Source: Tubiluchus corallicola (Eukaryota; Animalia; Priapulida). Taken from it: a stretch of 64,000 nt of DNA. The DNA is taken from the NCBI GenBank assembly GCA_030141605.1, contig JAQGDQ010000223.1, positions 194,204 through 258,203 of the forward strand, given 5' to 3'. Numbering within the stretch: position 1 is the first letter of the stretch; the number at the start of each line of letters is the position of its first letter. This document shows positions 48,263 to 60,560 of this stretch, one piece after another. The translations under genes were made by a program, and so were the position numbers. Below the pieces are notes generated by a model that was given only the letters and a program-made list of their open reading frames with translations, was not told where the DNA came from and made no database searches.

Positions 48263-49119
48263 ACTAGTTCAGTTTGCTAGTAAATCTCTCCTAGCATGCA
48301 ATTCGTGACCCAAAAAGCTGGCAGGAAAGTAAAGCATTTTCATAAACCTAAAAATAATAACTTACCAAATCTTTTTAAAAATTACTTTCAACCGGTGTCT
48401 GAGCTACATAAATATTATTGCATTTCACTAACAAGTAAATGTGTGCATGTATGTGTGTGCGTATTTGCATGCGTGTTGTTTGTGTATGTATGTATGTATG
48501 GATGTTCCATTTGTTTGGATTGAACTCGCCTAAAGAACGTTTATATTCTAACATCTTGGGTCGTTTCCCTTTAATGTTTGAATTTTGTAAATATACTTGA
48601 AAGGGGCCGACTTACCATAACTGGTAGACAGATGGAGGTTGTGGAAAGAGCATGAGTTGGCATATGTGAAGGTGCCTTTTAACATTTGTTGTATTTGCAA
48701 GGAGATAGATGCACGTGTTTATCGCTTGGTTAACAAGGCATATAGAAATAGGTAAAAGTAGCAATGTTAAAAATTGTCAGTTCCAAGTTTCCGTAGCAGT
48801 ATTAAACTGCACTGAGTTGTATCGAGAGCACAAGAGCAACATCCTCGAGTAACAATTTTTCTTGCATAATTTTCGAGTTAATTACATTCCAAGTAGCGGT
48901 CAGTTTTTCTTGCCCTTGCATTGCACTACATAGGGCACATGGTGGAAATACTAATAACAGTTACATTTACTGGTAACTGTTTTGCAGATACACTGAAAAT
49001 GAACGAAATTATAACATATACATATTACGTGTTTTGCTCTTTTGCCATGAACTATATCAAGTAGTACTAATAGTCTTACTTTTAATCAATTTCATTTTGT
49101 TTCAGTAATTATTCGAATT

Positions 49120-49740
49120 TCTTTTGGATATGGAAGCGTCCATAAAGTTTGTTGCACACACTAAATGATAAAAAATTAATTAGCGTTAGTAGATAAACTA
49201 ATTAGTAAAACAAAAAATTAAGTATATACATAGATGAAGCATAACACATAGGCCTGCACAAATGCACATATAAGTATGTCTGAAGAAGATCTGATAAACC
49301 GAAATTCTACATATAATATGTCCCACCATCTGCTGTAAAGTTCAGAGGTACGATACACATCGGACAACCTGAAGAATCTCAGATGATTATTGTCGAATTT
49401 TCAAGGCGCGATTTTAAGGAAAATGAACATTTCCTTAGCAATCCATCAAAATAAGGGATAGCAAGATTTACTCTCATCTCTATTGCACTGCAGCGATAAG
49501 GTAGAGAAAACAGTTTCCTTACACATTTGTTATACGTGATTTTAAATTCATTGAGAATATGTGCAAAGAACTTTTTACACAGAGCCGCCACATAAACACT
49601 AGTACAATAAGTCTTAAAGAACAACGTTTTAACTACAGTGACTGAAATTTCTTATAAGAATTTTAGCTCTAGCTGCTATTATACATTTCTGTTGTCTAAT
49701 ATCATCATTGTCACTGTCAGTGATGTGAACAATCATGTCA
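49120..49740 (-). mobile_element. LINE ORF2 C-terminal fragment of the same general type as 8990-10340
   Basis: VKTLFFKTYCTSVY...YNKCVRKLFSLPYRCSA parallels [12 protein letters not shown]...[16 protein letters not shown] of the other LINE. Confidence 0.7.
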
Positions 49741-50637
49741 GTCATCTGTGTTTCTGTACTAGCTGAAAAACAGAAGATTGTTAACTAATCGACTAAACTA
49801 CAAATCTAAAAAAGCTTAAAGTTGTATCATTCATTTTACCGCGTTTGAGTAAAATTATATCTTGTCTTTACAGCGACAGTGAAATGACAGCTTACTTGAA
49901 TTATATTGGCGAATTTAACTGCGACTCACTTTCGAAACATTTTTTGAAATTTTGATACCTGGGCCTGTTTTTGACCTTTGGCTTACTACACTAGCAGTTA
50001 GTAAATGTGCCTTATAAATATTCATTAATTTCAATAATTTGCCATTTGAAAACATGCCGTGAGGCAAATTGAGTAATGATGTTTAAATTAATTTTCGAAA
50101 TTTTTCGGTCCTGGCGATGGCGGACGGGGTGAAATTAGATTTTTGTCAGTTTAGTGATGAATTTGAAAAGTATGTGTTGTCGTCCTTATATCATTTGAAG
50201 GTTCGCGGCACTAACAAACGAGCTGTTACGCATGAAGAAACAACTGCATCTGTGGATGAGGCGGGATGTAGATGGATTCTTGTAATAATTAGAGTTATTC
50301 AGCTGCATGCAGTAAATGACCAAAGGTTGAAGGTCATTATTTTGGAAATAAAAGGTTGAAAAAATGAAATTATTATAGATGTGATTCATTAAATCAGTGT
50401 AGTCTATTACGTAATCAATCGCGCTAAATTTAACTGCATATATAGTATTTGTTTGCCGTTGAAAAGTATAAATTACATTTGCTTAATACTTTATGGAGTG
50501 TTAACCTTAATAAAAATGTATAGTTATTTCCGATGATATTCTAAAGACGTGCGTTCACTTCAAGCGGACAAACGGCACAACGTGTTATAAATAATTGATG
50601 ATCATTGTCGTGATTCTCAAACCTAGCTCATTATTTT

Positions 50638-50944
50638 CGTGTTTGTAAATATGTGCATATATTGTAAATAATTAGACCTTAATTTTGGAATTTGGACTTA
50701 GTTTTTTTAGTCTGCACTGGACGCATTTGTCTTAAACAGTGATGTTAATTTTAACATTACGCTGAGGCTTACTCAATTTTATTATAATGAGTGAACCATT
50801 TTAATGACAAATTATTACACATTATTATTAATTTTATATATATAAGTTCTTTATTTGTCATTAAAATGGTTCACTCATTATAATAAAATTGAGTAAAAAC
50901 TAAAGTGTAATTATTTACAATATATGCACATATTTACAAACACG
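50638..50944. repeat. Nested perfect inverted repeats (37 bp outer, 44 bp inner)
   Basis: 50638-50674 pairs with 50908-50944; 50769-50812 pairs with 50853-50896. Confidence 0.9.
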
Positions 50945-51434
50945 ATATTAAAACAAATTTACAAAACAATACCTTAAAAGCACATTAAATTTCATATGAC
51001 ATTTACGATGTGTAGACTTTGGACACGGCACAATTAACAAAACACGCTTTACATGACATAAATTTTATATTCATTACATTTGTACTGTGTATACGTTTGA
51101 CATTACATAATTAGGTTTGTAATAACGTAGATTGTATAATAATTGTATAACTTAAATATGTAGAATTATTAGTGCTTTTTTGCATTTACATACGTATTTG
51201 CATTTGCAGGTGTTTGAAATTGCCAGAAATTGACTTAAATTTCCAGACTAAGTCTTGTAAACTAATAATTTCTAGTTAAAACAACATAACTTTATTAAAA
51301 CTTTTATGTTTCATAGCTATTATATACATTACATAGTATAATTCTATGTAAAGATTAAAGTATGTAATTTGTCTAAACTAGTTTTGGATTTATGTCCAAT
51401 TACCCGTGTAATCACTTGCATGTAAACATCCTTC

Positions 51435-52060
51435 TCAATTCAATTCAATTAATTCAATTCAGTTTTATTTTCACGAATACACACATTGGTAAAGCAATAC
51501 ACGTTAAATACTACATAAACCGAAAAAAAATCATAATAGGCTGTGTGTAAAGTTATTTTCATAGTTAGGATGTTAGGATACGGCATAGTGATACTAAAAT
51601 CACAGTTACATAAAAATTGTATAATTTAGCAGTGAAAAAAATAAAAATGACTTTAAAGTAGTAGGTATCTGTAGCAGCTTTTTAAATGAAAGATTATAAA
51701 AATAACATAGAGTTTAAAATAATTTGGTTAGAGTCTGCTGCCAAAGTGCAGATTTCTTCATCCCTAGGAACTGGAGTTGTTGCCAAAAGTATCTCAGAAG
51801 GTATATATAGTTGCAATCTTGCCAAAATTTCTCTAGCTTACTTGGGGTCACATTATTTCTCGCCTAAATGTTAATTAATCTGTAGCAAGTATTTTGAGCA
51901 CTTTTTGTGATCTGTTTTTTTGGAAGAACGGGGTGCATCACCAACAATGATTTGCTCTAAGATAAGATTCTCAACCGCCACCAGTGTGTCAGCCACATTC
52001 AGATGCACAGCATTTCAGGTTGGTATATGTGCACCTTTTTACCATTCATGGTCATTAGTT
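51435..52060 (-). mobile_element. Possible retroposon 3' end
   Basis: Minus-strand AATAAA followed by a (TGAAT)n tail at 51435-51470; upstream sequence looks like decayed coding DNA but has no diagnostic motif. Confidence 0.3.
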
Positions 52061-52639
52061 TAACAAATTCGTTTCAGAGAGCTAGTAATAATTAGCAACT
52101 ATGTTGGAGAGGTCGGATTGCGAGCCACCTTGAAAAGCAGAACCGCATGTCACAATGTATTCGTAAAAAGTATCATGGATGGAACAGCGTACTTTCAAGA
52201 TTAATAGTCCTGTCTAAATTTGGTAGAATTTTAGTGTTGAGGTGCACAGAAAAACTCGGCGACCATTTTTAAAGTGGACGTTAAGTTTGGCCCTCGTAAT
52301 GACTTTTTTAAAACTTAACCTGTACCATTTTAGCGATTTAAATTATATATTAGCTACGAAGTCATCAACCATGTCTAAACTACATTTTGACATCCATTCT
52401 TGTTTTGCTTTCAGCACTCGCAGAAACAAATTAATATTTCAAGCAGGCAGTTATTTCTATTGTTGTTTACTGGGTTACTTATGATGGTTGAGGGTTGCCG
52501 TGCCACTTCCTACTGTAAGCTTATCACCTCGTGCTTACACGGTGTTATGCTATTGTATCACCCTTAAATTATTGTGCACCTGCACTGCAAGCGTTGATTT
52601 TGCCTTGTAAAAAGTGTGAAGAAAGACTAGTCACTCGAT

Positions 52640-53743
52640 ATGAAATCATATTATTTTGCTGCGCTGGCCTTTCTGATGCTTGTTATTCAAAAATCAAATG
52701 GGACACGAACTCACGAAAGAAACCCGTTCTCACGTTTTACCAGAAGTATAGGCTCAAGCGTTACAGAATCGATAAAGCCAAGAAAGTTTGATTTCGAAGA
52801 GCATTTGACTGACCAGCTAATATCGGATCTTGACGAAGTCGCGGAAAAGAGAATGAGTATTTTAGCGGATCTTGATGTCTTTTTAAACGTCTCGTTTGTT
52901 GACTGTAACATATCAAACGGATTTATGGTGGACTTTCCTGCGCAGGATGCTGACAACTACATTGATTTTGCAGCAAGCGTTTCAGATCCGCTTAATCAGT
53001 GGACTTTCTGTGCATGGATTAAACGGAGCGATGCAACCCAGACTGGAGAACTGACGTTGCTGGACTACGATACAGCGCCTGGTAATGCCTTGCGTGTGGC
53101 TCTTGGTGTAAATCAGATTCTCGTTACTATAAATGATCGAACTTCAGGAATTCCGGTTCCATCTTTTCTGAGCGACGAATTTCGTCACGTCTGTGCATCC
53201 TGGCACATCAATGGTACAGTAATCGTTTATACTGACGGTGTAAAACGACTGGTATTTATAACTAGCTTTGACGAATGGCAAATGTCAATACCTGCAGGGG
53301 GTAATTTTGTTTTTGGGAAAGCACAAGACTCTCCAACCGATTCAGGAGTTTCATTTGTTGGACAAGTTGCAGACGTTTCATTTCATTCTACGGTATTATC
53401 TGATTCTCAAATAGCCATACTGGCAGAGACTTGCTTTAGCTCAGGCGGGAATATAATTCAATGGGAAATGGATGATTTGACAGTATTTGGTGATGCAACA
53501 ATTAATCAACCAAGCGACTGCAACTTAAATGGACAAATGTGCCTTGAAGACACACTTACTAAAGAACAAGCCGATTACCTGCTAGATCTACTCAAATATC
53601 TCACGCACAATAATGACGTTGTTCTTGATTTTCTAGATATTCTCACTATAGACCAGTATTTAGAGAAAGAGCGTTTGCAAGCACTGTGTAGCGCTGCAGA
53701 GAAGCTGGAAGTCATAAAGAACATTCGCACTTCACACGAGTAA
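52640..53743 (+). CDS. Secreted pentraxin (LamG-like) domain protein, single-exon CDS, 367 aa
   Basis: Signal peptide MKSYYFAALAFLMLVIQKSNG; pentraxin motifs WTFCAWIK, FRHVCASW, YTDG, IPAGGNFVFGKAQDS, FVGQVADV..HSTVLS..QI, GNIIQW; uninterrupted 1104-nt ORF in AT-rich surroundings. Confidence 0.88.
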   Translation: MKSYYFAALAFLMLVIQKSNGTRTHERNPFSRFTRSIGSSVTESIKPRKFDFEEHLTDQLISDLDEVAEKRMSILADLDVFLNVSFVDCNISNGFMVDFPAQDADNYIDFAASVSDPLNQWTFCAWIKRSDATQTGELTLLDYDTAPGNALRVALGVNQILVTINDRTSGIPVPSFLSDEFRHVCASWHINGTVIVYTDGVKRLVFITSFDEWQMSIPAGGNFVFGKAQDSPTDSGVSFVGQVADVSFHSTVLSDSQIAILAETCFSSGGNIIQWEMDDLTVFGDATINQPSDCNLNGQMCLEDTLTKEQADYLLDLLKYLTHNNDVVLDFLDILTIDQYLEKERLQALCSAAEKLEVIKNIRTSHE

Positions 53744-55042
53744 TAATGGTAGCTGAAAATTATTACATAATGAATAAGGAAAAAAATAATAATGGAAGCA
53801 AAAGAAGCGTTTTTTGTTTGCCCAAACTGATTAGGTTTTTATGACCGCTTCCATTTTGGACTGAACACCTTCTAAATTGTTTTTTCCAAACATCGCAAGA
53901 TGTATGTCTAAACAAGACCATTGCTGTTCCTATGGTGGTGGGGTGTGAGGTCTTAAAATTATGACTTTTGCCTTATGGTGCTTATGCCGTATCCTTCGCA
54001 ATGCATTATTAGAAAACCTTAAACAAACCAAAACTATATTGTTTAGTGTTTCTTAGCTGGTGATAGTTATTTTGCTAAATGTTCTAATGTTCACTGTTGT
54101 AAACGCGGGACTACGTGTATCGTGGGAACATCTGAAATTATTGTTTTTCGTGCCAAAAATTTATTAGCCCCTCTTTCTCCACAGTTTCGATTTATCGACA
54201 GTTATAATACCACATTGCTCCGTGCTTCAACTGTTAGTTTTTTAGGAAAATCTTATACAACGCTTCAAGAAACTTTCAGTATGCAAAATAGTGAAAATAC
54301 GGACAAAATTAGTAAGCCATCATTAAAATGCCATAAAGCTGTAAATTTGTAGCCAGTTTTGGCACTCATCTGCCAATTTTTGCTAAGAAGGTCCAAAAAA
54401 TAAATATTTTATGCTTGGTATGTCTTGGTATTGCCATTAAACCCATAAAAATGGAATGAAAACTAGATATTATTATGATTCTATTGCTTTTAATATATGT
54501 ATATTTTTAATGCCGTTTGTGGTAGTCGGTATTTTTACATTGTAGTAATGTGCTGCCATCTATGTGTTAATCTTGTAACATTTTTTTCTAATTGACTTAC
54601 CTTCAGTGTAATTGTATCGTCCAGTGACTGCACACATAGTGGTCCTCTCCCTATTTTAAATTAATGGTTGTTTTGAAGACTTTGCAAGTCTGCATAAGCC
54701 TAGTTCAATACCTGATTTCTGGCTGTGAAACAGATTCTACTCACTGGTTAATTCTAGTTTTGCTAAATGTTCAATGCAGCAGTTTTTCTACTCATGTTTC
54801 TGTAGCAAAAATAAAACTTTTCTGTTGTGTCAAATGCAAAGGCTTATTGTAGCTGTTTGGTTCTTATCCATAGTTTGTGTGTGTCTAAACTCAAGCATAT
54901 CAAAGTAACTGAACAACAAATACAAAAGTGACTTTGACACCATTAATTATTTATGTATTTAATTTTATTTTGTTAATTTTATTCATTGACTTATTTATTT
55001 TAATTTACTCTTTTCAAATTTAGAAATTATGGAAGATGTTTA

Positions 55043-55177
55043 CAATTCCCAACACAATTTAACGCGGCTTCTAACCTTAACTTTAACTCTAACCCTAACA
55101 CAACCCTAACTCTATTCCTAAGCCTAACCCTAATCCCAATCCGCTTCACGAATTAATTTCTTGTGTGTGGGGAATTG
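55043..55177. repeat. Degenerate (CCCTAA)n tract enclosed by short inverted repeats
   Basis: CAATTCCCAACACAA ... ~11 CTAACC-like units ... TTGTGTGTGGGGAATTG. Confidence 0.6.
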
Positions 55178-57042
55178 CACACTTTAGCATAAATTCTTGT
55201 CTTCTCTCATGTGCCCCATGGAATTTGCTTTCAATTGAATCCTGTCATTGACCAATTCTGATTGTGAAAGCCCCACATCAGACTTTGCCCAACATCCTTC
55301 TTCAGTTCTGCGTTGTTTAATTTGTCTTCGTCTGTAAAACGACGTGGATTATTTTTTTTAAATTTAGTCATTTTAAAATGCATTAGAAATATTCAATTGA
55401 TTATTAAAATTATTATTACAGTTTTTCTCATTTTTATGCGCCTGATGACAATATCAATCGTAAAATGTTTATTTTTTGGACTATCTTAGCAAAAATTTAA
55501 TTCAAAGATAAAATTATTCATCGTTCTGGCCTGTCAAATAGTCGGGCGTCCTGCTGTGCATTTCTAGCTTTTTAATTTTGTCCCTGCAGCATCAATGAAA
55601 CCAGACAAACGTTTTTCAGAGCTGCGTGAGCCTTTCATGAATTACTGTATAACTGCGTCTGTAAAAATAAAAGCCACAATAACCTGCGATCACTAGCCCA
55701 TGTGTTTTTGTTGTGGATTTCGACAACTAAACTTTGGAGTTGTATATGTGTTAACATCTAAATTAATTGCAATCCTCGTCAATGCAGAAATTGTACTTGT
55801 ACTTGTCATGTAATGATATAAACGTAAAATATACTTGAAAAATAATAGAAAAATATTTTTGCCAATATTGAGATCTCATCAGGGTAATTAAGCCATTCTA
55901 CTGGGATTCAATAAGGGAGCAAGACGCCCAAAAGCACACTTTTTCAAAATTGGCGTCTTTTCAACATTTTTCATCTCTTTAGTTCATTTGTACTATAAAA
56001 GTCGAATCTTTTTTTCTTATTTTTTTTAAATCGCATGGCCTTTAAAGCATTTTCTGGAGTCATTACTTTATTTAACCAACCCGCCTCCCGTGTTTCTGAA
56101 ATGAAAGCGCGTTTACTCAATTCATTCATCAAGTTTAGTTTAACTGATTAAACCAAGGAAATTATTATAATATATTTTTTCACATGATTTTCTAGACACG
56201 ATTGTCTAGTAGTACCTCTACTGTCACCTTATATATTACTACTGTTACACATAAAATTTGATATGTGCTACGACGCCTGTTTTATGTGTTTGCCTCTCCC
56301 CTAACTTTCGAACCTGGCTGTAGAGGATCTCGTAATGTAAATTATTCTCTAAGAAGCAGTTTTGTGGAAAAACGATAGTTCTACTATTAGAAAAAATGAA
56401 GGCAGGTAAAATTGGCTAGGACTATTCTTCTTCTTCACAAGTTCACCAGTTACACTGCACAGATTTAAAAACATAAGAAAACACTAATGTTTTTTTCATG
56501 GCAAATTTTATTTTTGTAAAAAACGATAAACGAAAAACAAAAACAATAACAAAACCAAATATAAAACAACAATGTATATACAACAACAAAAAGGATTAGG
56601 CCTATGAAGAATTATGATAACGCCGTTAATATTATAAACGAATAACAATACACGTATAATACTGATAATATGTTTCAAAGGTATACATTTTCGCATTATC
56701 ATTGCGGAATGTCACTATTTACATGTGATGGCGAAGCGAAAATCTGCAAAAAATGACTGAATAACCATGACAAGCTGCTTTTCTAAACTACAAAAAACCG
56801 TATAGCTCTCAATAAAAATCAGCAACCAAGTTAACACTCGCGTAATCATGCAATGATTTCTATCACTACCATAAGAAATGATTACCATTGCTATGCGCGA
56901 GTTCTGAAAGTCCTTTCAGTTTGTTACAAAACAGAAACTCGTTTCATTACTGTTTTCCATTATTAAGTTAAACTCCACCGTCATTCCATTCCACTTGTTT
57001 GCTGTCCAATACCGTTGATTTCGCGATTTGGCATAGTTTTAA

Positions 57043-59012
57043 TTACCAGCCACCATAACCGCCACCACAACCGCCACCACCGCAACCACCACCATAACCA
57101 CCTCCATAACCACCATATCCTCCACCGAAACCACCGTAACCACCTAGTCCAGAACCGTAGCCTCCACCGTAACCACCATAACCACCATATCCTCCACCGA
57201 ATCCACCTCCATAACCACTATATCCTCCACCGAAACCACCGTAACCACCTAGTCCAGAACCGTAACCGCCACCGTAACCACCAAAACGACTTAGTCCAGA
57301 TCCATATCCTCCAAAGCCGCCTCCATATCCTCCATAGCCTCCGCCATATCCTCCACCATATCCGCCGTGATGGTTGTTCTTCACATATGGCTTGGTGGCG
57401 TATGCATGCGGCTTGCGCAAGGCGTATCCATGGGCAGCCTGTTTTTCTTTGGCAGCCTCGTGCGCTTGTATATTGAGGTTGCCATGTTCCTCTACTGCTG
57501 CTTCATTTGCGTCGTGAGAGCTGGCCTTTACTCCACTTCCGCTTCCGGACTTGTGAGCTGATTCACTGCTGAAGGAATTTGCAAAAGCTTCGTCGTACGA
57601 TTCACCAATTATCTTCTTCTTTCCATGTCCATACCCGGACAAGCCACCATAGCCTCCACCGTATCCACCTAAACCACCTCCATATCCCCCGTAGCCACCA
57701 TATCCACCATAACCGCCAAGTCCACCTCCATAACCGCCATATCCTCCCAGTCCGCCTCCATATCCTCCACCATAACCACCGATTCCACCACCGTATCCGC
57801 CGCCATAACCACCGCCATATCCACCAATGCCTGAGCTAAGCACCTGTGTTACCTGTCAAACAAAGTGGTAGTTTTGTCATGTAAAATACATAATTGTCAC
57901 GTATTGAGATTTTTTACAACTTTGATTAATTCTGATATCTTATTCTGCCCAAGAACAATTGAATTTAGGAGCGCAACAACCTTAAACTGCAAAACGTTTA
58001 GGAGCACACTAGCGTTCAGACTGCAAAAAAAATTAGGAGCAAAGTTTAGGTAAGTGTTACTCTTCACCAGTATTCAGATTACAAAAAAGGAGCACAACAG
58101 TGTCCAAATCACAAAAAAATTTAGGAGAACATCGGTGATCAGATTACAAAAAGTTTAGGAGCACACCAGCGATCAGATTACAAAAAATCAGGATTACACT
58201 TATGTTCAGATTACGAAAAATTTAGGAGCACACCTGTTTCCAGATTATAAAAAAATTGGGAGCACACAAGAGGTCAGATTACAAATGTTTGGTTGGACAC
58301 AGTGTTCAAATTACAAAAACTTTAGAAGCATGCCGTGTGACCAGTTTACAGATTATAAAACGTTTAGGACACCAGTGCTCAGATTGTTTAAAACGCGACA
58401 TGTTTTAGGAAACATTTGTGTATTATATTAAAACATTTTATTTTAAAATGCACCTTTTCCTTAATTTATGTATTTTCGTTTATGTTATTTCATCAGTGTT
58501 TCGTTTATGTTTCATTTTTTTCTACTTTTTGTGCTCGGCAATTTTTAATTTAAAATGCATCCTTTTAGAATTATTCCATTCGCATACATTTAAGTAATTG
58601 TCTAAAGTACTTTAAGAATTAAGAAAATTATGTTATTACTTCTAAGAGCTGTAGACATGTGCTCAGTTTTTACAAAGTACGCAAACAAAGCAGTTGAAAA
58701 AGCATTATTGTCTCTATATAGTTATCTGTTCTCAGATACTATAAGCCCTGGACCTTGTAAGTCCATGGTGGTTAACCCCCTCAGAGAATGCATAAATCAT
58801 TGGTTTTAGAAACAATTTCGACGTGTTTAAAACACAGGAGCACGTAAGACCTTGAAAAAGCGAAACCCCATCACTTTGTGGTAATATTAAAAGAACAAAA
58901 GTATTGCAATATTGAAACCCAATTAGTTATTGTTAAATGATAAATGGTGGAACAGACCCAAAGATTGTGTTATACTTACACAACCCAGAATAAGAGCCAC
59001 TACAAGTTTCAT
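57043..59012 (-). CDS. Secreted glycine/tyrosine-rich (GGYGG) protein, 2 coding exons (58980-59012, 57043-57852), ~280 aa
   Basis: MKLVVALILGC|GTAAGT splices in phase 0 to gacAG|VTQVLSSGIGGYGG..., giving a signal peptide. Two GGY blocks flank an ~85-aa A/S/E/H/K-rich core. Gly codons vary at third positions (GGA/GGT/GGC), as expected of real coding sequence. Confidence 0.85.
57960..58410. repeat. Diverged ~34-bp tandem repeat, ~12 copies, in the Gly-rich gene intron
   Basis: Consensus TTTAGGAGCACACCAGTGTTCAGATTACAAAAAA. Confidence 0.88.
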
Positions 59013-59575
59013 TTTGACCTGAAAGAAGAAATTTAATTTATTCCATACTGTAACTGTATTAAAAATGTTCATTAGTGGCAGGGAAGCTGAGAAAATAATA
59101 ACGATAAACCAACGATGAAGCACGTTAAAATAATAAAAGACAAGTGATGCGGCGCTTTTTTCATGAATAAACTGCCTATAGTATCAATTAGCCGTTCGCA
59201 TTTATTAGGTATTGAACAACGCTATTTTTTATGATTATTTTATTAATAATCGAGTGATTAATATTATAATAACTGCAAATGTCTATTAGCTCTATTCAGT
59301 TCTGACTTGTTGAAAGATTGTCATTTGCTGCTGGCTAGGCAAACTTGCTCAGATTTTTGTAATAGTTTACTATATATTATAATAGGCTTTAGCAAAAATT
59401 AAATAACAATCATCATCATCTCGTTAATAGTTTATCGTTAACTGTATTACCATTGAATTGCTCTTACGATTGGCTCATTTACGTTATCACAATGTTATTG
59501 ATAATCATGTTTACAAATCCTAGAAAATAACTATGTAGCTTCGTCAATAATTTACTAAATAATACGATTACATAC

Positions 59576-59673
59576 CTAATCCTTTTTGCAGATGTATAGT
59601 GAAAGTACGTGCTACACTCGACGGAGCACTGATTCTAAGAATACTCAAGTACAGTCATGCTCAAACATTTATA
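59576..59673 (-). promoter_or_regulatory. TATA box and non-coding first exon of the Gly-rich gene
   Basis: Minus-strand TATAAA at 59668-59673; donor AG|GTATGT with exon end at 59576; acceptor tttcAG at 59019-59020 just upstream of the ATG. Confidence 0.55.
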
Positions 59674-60375
59674 CTCAGTAAAAGACAAGTGTGACCCAAG
59701 AAGAGCTGCAATTTGTCAAAAAACGCCAAGTGATGAGTTACAAATGTCACCAAACAACGCGACACCTGTCGTAAGCGGTCTCACTCCGACTCGAATTTGC
59801 ATGGCACAGTAACCGAAACAAAAATAATGGCCCACAAGTCTGGCTGGCGGGGAAAGCTGCGTGCTAACTTACGCTAATCTGGAATGACATTTCAACCAAA
59901 CTACCGAGCAAATTAACATACATGTTTGCTCAACATATGTTATTGTAACCTGGCAACTAAGTTCTGTTTCATTTCATAAGGTTTTCATATTTTGAACAGA
60001 ATTTTGTTGACACCCTTCGTATACTTGCGGTGCGCCCCATCTCTTACTTTCTCTCATTTTGTTAACGAGCATTCTTGAAGAAAATGAAACACTAACTTTA
60101 GCTTGTTAACTGAGGCAAGAATGGAGTGGAGGGAGGTAGTGAAAACAAAGGCGTGACCTTATTTATTAAGCAACATTCTATTTCAACGTACTATCTGATG
60201 CAAGTTAAAGCATTCAGAAATTTTGAAAGCTATTAACTGCAAAAGTGGTTCCTAAACATTTTAATCTTCTGCGAGTATCACCAACCGAATGATTCTGTCT
60301 GAAGATTTTAAGATAAATATCAGTAAAATGTGAAATGAGTTTAGAAAGTAATTAACATGCGTTTCGATGTCTGTG

Positions 60376-60560
60376 TAAAGTGGTGTTTACATGGCATCCG
60401 GAATGCGTATCCGTTATGTGGACGCGGAATAGATATTAAGTCGGTATATTGTTTACAATGCACCCGTTTATCAGGCTTGGGTTATGCGTTAATTTTCCTG
60501 CAACTATCCCGTAGGTGGATAACGCATGACGCATTCGAGATGCTAGGTAAACGCCACCAA
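60376..60560. mobile_element. Harbinger-like MITE, copy 2
   Basis: Same termini and internal core as 18186-18412. Confidence 0.72.

Noticed and set aside
50117-50359. 80-aa ORF with a good Kozak-like ATG (MADGVKLDFCQ...)
   Set aside because: No recognisable domain or splice continuation. It may be a decayed transposon gene start, but termini could not be defined.
57015-57839. His/Arg/Asn-rich plus-strand ORFs
   Set aside because: Antisense shadows of the Gly-rich CDS.
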